Assembly: GCA_013265495.1 (NCBI GenBank)
Contig: MU058337.1
Coordinates: 5,374,716 to 5,438,715, forward strand
DNA from: Vicugna vicugna
Taxonomy: Eukaryota
Direction: 5' to 3'
DNA length: 64,000 nt
Under the pieces are notes generated by a model that had not been told where the DNA came from, did not search any database, and saw only the letters and a list, made by a program, of their open reading frames with translations. Made by a program: the position numbers and the translations under genes. Below are positions 56,062 to 64,000 of the stretch, piece by piece (position 1 is the stretch's first letter; each line of letters begins with the position of its first letter).

Positions 56062-56917
56062 CCTGCTGGTCTCAGGAACAGAGGGCCCCCCTCGGCCCCC
56101 GGGGGGACAGCAGGTGCTCTCAGAATGCCCGGCCGGCTTTCAACAGAAGCCCAGAGCGGCTTTCTCAGCAGATGGACTCATTTTCCTTTGCCCTCTAATC
56201 AAACAAGTCCCATAATAATAAATTTTATAAATCTGAGACTTTCTTGGAAGGAGGGTTTCCCTAAGCCCTTCTTAAATGTCACCTTATGTATGATCGACAC
56301 AAACCAGATCACTCTTAGGGACTGTTGTTCTCAGAAACCTCGTGCTTCGCTCCATCACCTGGCACTCGGGGTGTCCGCTCAGGTAGCTCATCTCTCTTGC
56401 CATTGAACAGACAGAAAATGACTTGCCTAAGACTTGACATTGATGGGTTGTTGGTTGTGTCATTCTTTAATTGTGCTAATTCAGAATTACTTTTAGTACA
56501 GGTTTTCACAGCATCCCTCAATTAAAAACAAAGTGAGGTTTCGAGGGGAAGTATTCACCACTCACCCAAGAAGCTCCCTCCCCAGCACGCCCGGTCCTCA
56601 GCCACCGCCTCGCCACGGGGTTGCTGTCGCCTTTGGCTTTCCTTAATCAGGAGAACAAAAATTTTAAACCCCAACAGCACTTTTTTTCCTTCAGATCCTT
56701 TCACAGACAGTGGGAAACTGGATTGTTATGGTTCAAAAAAAAAAGTGGCAATTGGTTTTCAGTTTTATGCGGTGTCTCACAGTCACTGAATTGCGAAAAG
56801 ACTATCTGCTGTGTTAAGACTTGTTTTCGGAGTGAGGTAGTGAGTTTGACCCTCTGTGTGCCCAGACACAAAACGTGAGGTGTTGTCATTGCCTGGATTC
56901 CTTTGGGACTCAAGTTT

Positions 56918-56941
56918 TATATATATATATATATATATATA
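56918..56941 (+). repeat. (TA)n microsatellite
   Basis: About 12 TA units. Confidence 0.95.
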
Positions 56942-56994
56942 AACAGCTCATCTGTTCTTTGTTGCTTTTCCACTCTATCCAAAGCATTTCTGCT

Positions 56995-58070
56995 GTCTGC
57001 TTGTTCATTCAGCTCCTTCAGTCTTTGAGTCCCCACTGTGTGTGAAACCCTGATCCAGGCGTTAAAGAGACAAGAATAAACAATTAAGTTCTCTCCTGTC
57101 ATGGTGCTTTTGGTCTGATGGAGGAGTTGGGCATAAATCAAATAATCAAATCAATTAGTTAAGAATTTATAATTTGAGATGAACTTTCTTCAGGAAAGAA
57201 CGGCATTTGAGTGAGGCGTTCATAGAAGACCCTGACCTGGATGGGGGTCAGGGAGATGAGGAAAGAAAAAGAGACACTTGGGCTAAGTTATGAAGGATGA
57301 GCAGCAGTGACCTTCTTGGAGGTGTTGATAGGGGAGGGGACTGGAGAGCATTCCAGAGAGACAGGAAAGCATTCAGCAGGACCCTAGGAAGCAGACAGCC
57401 CAGGGTAAAGAGGTGTAATGTGAGCGTAGGAAAGTAAGAGGGACATAGACCATGCAGCACCTTGAGAAACATGCAAGAACTCTTCCCTTTGCCCCAAGAA
57501 CAACAGGAAGCCACTGAAGGCTTTTATGATGGGAGGCAGTGTGCACTGGAGAGCGATTTGGGAAGTAAAATCAGCAGGGAATGATTGGATTTCAGGACAT
57601 AAGTGAGAGAGTCTCAAGGATGACTCCTGGTTTCAGGTTCATCTCCTTGGATGGATGATGATACAATTCATGGAACCAGGAAACATCAGCACAGAACCGT
57701 ATTTAAGGGAAAAGATCATCAAGTCAGTCTTGGGCGTGTTGAGTTTGTGATGAGTTTGAGTCGCTGAGCAGAGACACCTGGTTACATGTATAGGTCTAGA
57801 GTTTAGGAATGAGGGCTGGCTGGCTAGAGATATAAAAATGGACGTTCCTTGTCATTCTCAATTTTTTATCCAGTGCCTACGACGTGCCAGGCACTGTCCT
57901 AGGCATGTGGGATAAGTCAGTGAACAGACCAGATGAAAATCCCTACCCTCTTTGATGCTAGAGTGAAGTTCTCTGTATTTGCATAATAGTGGAAGTTGTG
58001 AATCTGGATGAGATTGTATAGGGTGGGAGGGAAAGAGATACCTCAGCCTTAAGGAAAATCAAGGTTTAAT
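56995..58070 (-). mobile_element. L2 LINE remnant, with a second short L2 3' end nested at about 57850-57950
   Basis: ttcattcagc...ccactgtgtg, ggaagccactgaaggcttt, gagtctcaaggatgactcctggtttc, ttgggcgtgttgagtttg; the nested piece reads gtgccaggcactgtcctaggc. Confidence 0.75.
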
Positions 58071-59079
58071 GACCACTGTTGCTTTGTCTTTAGGGAAACA
58101 CAAATCATCTATCTTTGTTTTTCTCTGTGTAAATTTTGACTTTTGGTTCTATTACAAACAATCAACATTTTCTCTGTCTCAAGTTCAAGCTTCCAAGGAG
58201 AGGAGATCTAATTGGTACAACTAGTTAACATCATTCCTTTTAGGCTGGAATTTTATATCTCTGCTTCTCAGTGCTGGTCAGCCTTACCGAAAACCATCAG
58301 CTTTGAACGAAGTAGATGCAGACCAGATCACAAAGAGGGTCACCCTGAAATGTGGCTAGTTTCCTAAGACAATCTTTTCTTCTCCTAACTCTCCACCTTA
58401 GCCTCTGCTCTGGAGGAGCTAGATCAAGAAGAAGGAGATGTGGAGCACTGAAAGACCATGTCCCCTCCCCAATTCTAGACCGGAAGTCACACTTGTAATT
58501 CAGTGTGGGGGTCAGGGGGTAGGTTTGGATCAGATATGAGACTGGATGGCACAGGACTGATTTTTAATAACCAAAGGTGGCCAGAAAGCTATGGAATTTA
58601 TCTAAGAACAGCAACCTGTCTTTTTCCTCCATTCACAATCGAAGGTTAGTGGTCTCACTGTGGTCCTTCCCGTACATTCTCCCTGATGTCCTTGCTCAGT
58701 AATAGGCTTGGTGGGAGGCGGGGCAGGGCTGCCACTCTCACACACACCCTTATGACTACTGAATATTTTTTTACTCTGATATTAAAAGAAAGACTTCGAT
58801 TATTACTGAGGCATAAGAAATGTATATGCATGTTATTTTATTTGGTGTTATCCCTATTTCCATGTCGTTTTGCATAAAATATGTTAATTAATGTGAATTT
58901 TCATAGTGCATCTAATAAGCCTTTTTTATCCGAGTATGCAAAATTGAACAGTCTACCACAGGCATGCTCAGAAATAATATTTGGAAACTACAGGATGGTT
59001 GCCTGAAAAAGGAGTTACTTAAGGAGACAGAGCAGGGCTGGGGTTCAGGACCCCAGGGTGGAAACTCCAGTACAGGATG

Positions 59080-59430
59080 TGTCTTCTGTACCTCCAACTG
59101 AACGTGTGGTATTTGTTTTATGGTAAATACCATCACTGATACTGGTTATGTGTGTAGTAAGGTGAAACAAATAAGGAAATGTACTGTAAATAATCAGAGC
59201 CAGATTTCACACTCAGAGAAAAAAGTTACAAATAAATAAAGGGAAGATGCCAGAAAATGAACGCAATTGCTTGAGATTATAGGATGAGTATCAGTATGGA
59301 CTCAAGTTTATCGTAAAATAGAAGATAGATACATAGACAGATAGATTGTTAGACACATTGATACATCAGTGGGTACCTAGACACATAGGTACTTAGATAG
59401 ACACATAGATAGAAAGATGGATACATGTAT
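59080..59430 (+). mobile_element. L1MC/L1MD-like 3' UTR fragment ending in degenerate (GATA)n
   Basis: aataatcagagccagatttcacact...aagttacaaata...gtatcagtatggactca followed by atag repeats. Confidence 0.6.
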
Positions 59431-59438
59431 ACTGTTCT

Positions 59439-60951
59439 GTGGAACCATGAAAGACTCAGAATTGCCAAAGCAGTCTTGAGGGGGAAAAAAAACAAAGCTA
59501 GAAGCATAACCCTCTCAGACTTCAGACAATACTGCAGAGCTACAATAATCAAAACAGCATGGTATTGGCACAAAAACAGACATATGGGTCAATGAAACAG
59601 AACAGAGAACCTAGAAATAAACCCACATGCCTGAAGTCAATTAGTCTTCAACAAAGGAGGCAAGAGCATGCAATGGAGAAAAGAGTCTCTTCAGCAGGTG
59701 GTGTTGGGAAAGCTGGACAGCTCCATGCGAATCAATGAAATTAGAATACTCCCTCACACCATTCACAAAAATAAACTCAAAATGGTTTAAAAACTTCTAA
59801 AACTCCTAGAAGAAAATACAGGCAAAACATTCTCTGACATGAATTATTCCAATGTTTTCTTAGTTCAGTCTCCCGAGGCAATAGGAATAAAAGCAAAAAT
59901 AAACAAGGACCTAATCAAACTTATGAGGTTTTGCACAGCAGAGGAAACCATAAACAAAATGAAAAGACAGTCTATGGACTGGAAGAAAATATTTGCAAAT
60001 CATGCAACTGACAAGGGCTTAATATCCAAATTATACAAACAACTCATACAACTCAATAACAAAAAAACCCAATCAAAAAATGAGCGGAAGAGCTGAATAG
60101 ACCTTTCCCAAAGAAGGTATACAGATGGCCAATAGGCACATGAAAAGATGGTCAACATTGCTAATTAGTAACAAAATGCAAATCAAAACTGCAATGAGGT
60201 ATCACCTTATATTGGTCAGAATAGCCATCATTAAAAAGTCTACAGATAATAAATGCTGGAGAGGATATGGAGAAAAGGGAACTGTCAAACAGTATGGAGG
60301 TTCCTTTAAAAAAATGAAAATAGAGTTGCCATATGATCTAGCAATCCCACTCCTGGGCATATATCTGGAGAAAACTCAAATTCAAAAAGATACATCCATG
60401 TCAATGTTCATAGCAGCACTATTTACAAAAAGCCAAGACATGGGAACAACCTAAATATCCATCCACAGATGATTAGATATAGGAGTTGTGGTGTGTTATA
60501 TACAGTGGAATACTACCAGTCATAAAAAAGAAAGAAAGAACACCATTTGCAGAAAAATGGATGGAGCTAAAGATTGTCACACTAAGTGAAGTAAGTCAGA
60601 AAGAGAAGGACAAATACTGTATGATATCACTTAGATGTAGAATCTAAAATATGACACCAATTAATTTATTTACAAAACAGAAATAACTCATAGACATAGA
60701 AAGCAAACTTCTGGTTACCAAAGGGGAAAGGAGGTGGGGGAGGGATAAATTGGAAGTTTGGGATTAGGAGATACAAACTACTATATAAAACAGATAAACA
60801 AGATCCTACTGTATAGCACAGGGAAAATATCCTGTCATAAACCATGACGGAAAAGAATATGAAAAAGAATATATAGATAAAACTGAATCACTATGCTGTA
60901 CACCAGAAACTAACACCAAGTTGTAAATCAACTATGCTTCAATTAAAAAAA
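59439..60951 (+). mobile_element. 5'-truncated LINE-1, about 1.5 kb (C-terminal ORF2 with stops/deletions plus 3' UTR)
   Basis: ORF-track peptides 59839..60096 and 60125..60454 (…[10 protein letters not shown]…[10 protein letters not shown]…[12 protein letters not shown]…MFIAALFT) are the L1 ORF2 C-terminus. The G-rich 3' UTR tract is at 60722-60745, followed by an A-tail. Confidence 0.95.
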
Positions 60952-63900
60952 GTAATGTAACTCATCCGAAATTGGAAGACTCGTTTGTGCCGGTTAGTAC
61001 GGCTGATTCCATGTTGCAAAGAACCTAAGGAAAGTGTAATCAAATGACCATTGGACTCAGCAGCCTGGAAATGTTGGTGACTCCAGCAGGAGCAGACCCA
61101 TTCAGGTGGTGGGGAAGACCTGAGAGCCCAGAGGGTTTAAATGGCTGGGAAGTCACTGTCTACACCGCACTCCTCTAGAAGCAGCATAGGTCGTCAGCAT
61201 GGGCAGCTCTTTCAAGAAGCAAGTTTGAAAAGGGAGCGAAATCAGGGAAGGACACAGATCAGGAGAAATCTTTATTTTCGTTGTCATTTTTTAAATTAAG
61301 AGTCATGAGAAAATAAATCAATCAACATGGCGAAGGGGGAGGAACTGGAGAGAGCGGGAAAGGGTGGGGTGGTCCCAGACAAGATGGAGGAGAGGGGTCC
61401 ACAGCACACACGTGCCGCCCCCTCACTGAGATGAGCCCATTTTCCCATAGAGCTCACAGTTCCTGGGCCTCAGTGAGAGCTCTGGTTTTTATAGCGTGGT
61501 TCCCTTGAGTACTTCAAATTATAAGCAATATGCTATCTCATTTATGTATCTCACATTTATGTAAAAGATTGAAGATCCTCATTTTTCATTTGAGAACATG
61601 GAAATCCAAAGCAGTTAAGGGATTAGAAAGCTGAACAAAAAAATTAAATCCACATCTTCTTACTTTTTTTTACTGATAGACTGTGCTATCTCCTATGTTT
61701 TCAAAAGCAAAGCACGGAGTACAATCATGTGAGTGCTCTCTCTATATATACATAGATTATGCGTATATATTCTAAATTCCCTTTGGTATAGGCTTTTTCC
61801 CCTTCCTATTACTTACTGAATATTCATCTCAAAACAAGAACCAAGCATCTAGTTTACACAGAACACTAATATAATTTCATCTGAAGTGGTGCAAAAAAAT
61901 GCATTTTTTATCATAATGAATGTATTTCTATGAGTCAGTATAATTCCCTCATGGAAACAACTGTATCTCAGTTGACTGGTACAAGAGGGATATAATATAA
62001 AATAGAGGTGTTTGGGACCTAGAAGAAAAAACATACAAGATCTAACTGTATTCATTACTTTTATCTCAAGGAAACCATTAAGTCCATTAATAGGATTTTA
62101 AGGGACAGTAATATAAGGAAAATGTATCCGTTCAGCATAATTTGGTATTCTACGTTTTTTTTTTCTCTTACCAGCTTGTTAACATTTTCTGCCAGTCTAG
62201 CCTTGTAGCTGCACTAAGAACCCTCTGAAGGGCATTTAAAGCCTATAAAATCTGAAATTCAGCGTTGTAACAAGAGCATGAAAGCGCACGTTTCGGGTAC
62301 AGCTTAGAGATGTTGTATGATGTTGTGACTGCGTCAGCCCTTCGTGAGTCTCTGCTGGCCTCCCAAACCAGGAAGCACAGAATAGCCGCTAAATTCCCAG
62401 GTGCTCCAAGATCGTACCTTCCTCCCCGCTTTCTTCAGGGGCCAGCTGTAAGGGGCAGTGACTGACAGCTCTGAATCTGCTGGGAGAGCTGGGAGAGGAA
62501 ACACCACATGCCATTGGTCAGCTGAAGTTATGAAATTACTTTGAACATGTTGGGGTGCCAGCTGTCACATACAAATGTAGCTTTTATGTACATCCAGAAA
62601 ACCCCCATTTGAACTCGAAAGTACTGGATTTATTGAAGATTTTTGTAGAAGAGGGGAAAACCAGTGACTTAAACCCTTTTTAAAGGAAACATGTTTAAAG
62701 TGCACAGAATTGCTGTCTTAGATGCAATCATGTAGTGGGTGGGCCTTCGCCCAGCACAGAAGGGAAAGGCTCTCCCCTTTAAGAAACTCTTTATTGGATA
62801 CAACAGGCTTGTGAGGGGCATTCTTTGTACACATATGTATATCAAGATTTTGTAGTAACACAGAGATGTTAATAAAAACTAACATGTTTGATCATTACTC
62901 AGCTACGTTAGCTCCAGTTTGGGTTATAAAATCACAGGTGCAAAACAGCAAGAGAAACTTCCTTGAAAAACAATAGTTTATGCTTTAGAAAGAGTCTCCA
63001 TTCTGAATTACTGAGTCATGTGTGGATCCAGAAAAACCAGCAAAAGCCATCATGTAAAGAATCAAAGAGAATTCAGCCTTAATTTACTCCGGTAACACAG
63101 AGGCACTCCTTTCTCCAGAATGAACAGAATATGGTCCTTTTTAATATATTGAACAGTCAAAAAAAATACTCTTCCATTACATTAACCCACAGATCTATGC
63201 GCATTTTTCAAGACAGCATGAACAAGATTTTGAAATGAGACTCCCAAGTCTGAATGATTTTTTCAAATGGTTTTCTTTGAGAGAATCCCACCAAAAATTA
63301 CCAAAAAAAATTTTATTTAAGGTAATCCTTCCATTCGGTTATTTGTTGCAGCATTTACAAAGGAACTGAAACTGACTCACGTTTGAATATTTTAGCAGAA
63401 GAAAGCGCAGGCTGAAATATGGAAGATTTAAGCGATGAGGCAGAACGGGGTTTGTGTCATACAGAGCAATTACTCCAACTCTCTTGAGAAGCCAAGTAAA
63501 GGGAAAGGCTTTCGGCCGCCCAATGTGTAATGATATCTCAGCAAGACAGCTGCTGAAGCGCAGAACAGCGCTGAGCTGAGATGATTTATATTTTTTAAAG
63601 CTCAAGGTTGGAAAATTTTCCCTTTGATTCTAATTTCCTTTTTGCAGAACTTTTTTTCTTTAACCACGTGAGTCTTTTCCAAAGCTATCATCTGATCTGT
63701 CTGTTGCAGCCAGACTTCATGCTCAGTTGAAGCCATTATAACCTCCTTCCTTTTGGACTGTTCTTTACATTAGGTTTTTCAATACAGAGAATAAAATCTT
63801 GGGATGCTCTGCACGATGTTTCTTCCACCTTCAAGGGGCATAATCTTTGAAATAATTTTAAGGGGAAATTTACAATTACTATTACTGTTATGTTAGAAGG

Positions 63901-64000
63901 TCTGCTTTTGTGGTATAGTATAATGGTTGTTAAATTATTATCCAGGATATCCAGTATAATCCATATTATTCACTCACTGCATCAAAGTAAATTTAATCTT

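Noticed and set aside
59839..60454. ORFs of 85 and 109 aa
   Set aside because: These are broken pieces of L1 ORF2, not genes.

Overview
This is 64 kb of mammalian genomic DNA lying entirely inside the NALCN gene (sodium leak channel, non-selective) on the + strand. Four coding exons are recognisable: 9739-9906, 14529-14720, 37373-37510 and 49431-49505, approximately human exons 12-15 (numbering from memory). They encode domain II S2-S6, including the TQEGW selectivity-filter glutamate, and the start of the II-III linker. All have AG/GT boundaries, are phase 0 and splice into a 573-nt open frame. The rest is intron filled with transposable-element remains: old L1M/L2/MIR, MaLR and ERV1 solo LTRs, Tc/mariner relics, younger L1 3' ends and a tRNA-derived SINE resembling the camelid Vic-1 family, which suggests camel/alpaca/llama. 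Repeat subfamily names are from recall and need RepeatMasker confirmation. I see no prokaryotic systems, CRISPR arrays or RNA genes, and no clearly new multi-gene system. The most interesting observations are: (1) a chimeric retro-insertion of an L1 fragment fused to about 275 nt of unidentified 3'-UTR-like sequence; (2) oppositely oriented L1 3' ends bracketing a four-exon cassette whose back-spliced circle would have no stop codon; (3) a twin-primed L1 with reciprocal CpG decay in its target-site duplication (TSD); (4) a small intronic CpG island ending in a strong splice donor.
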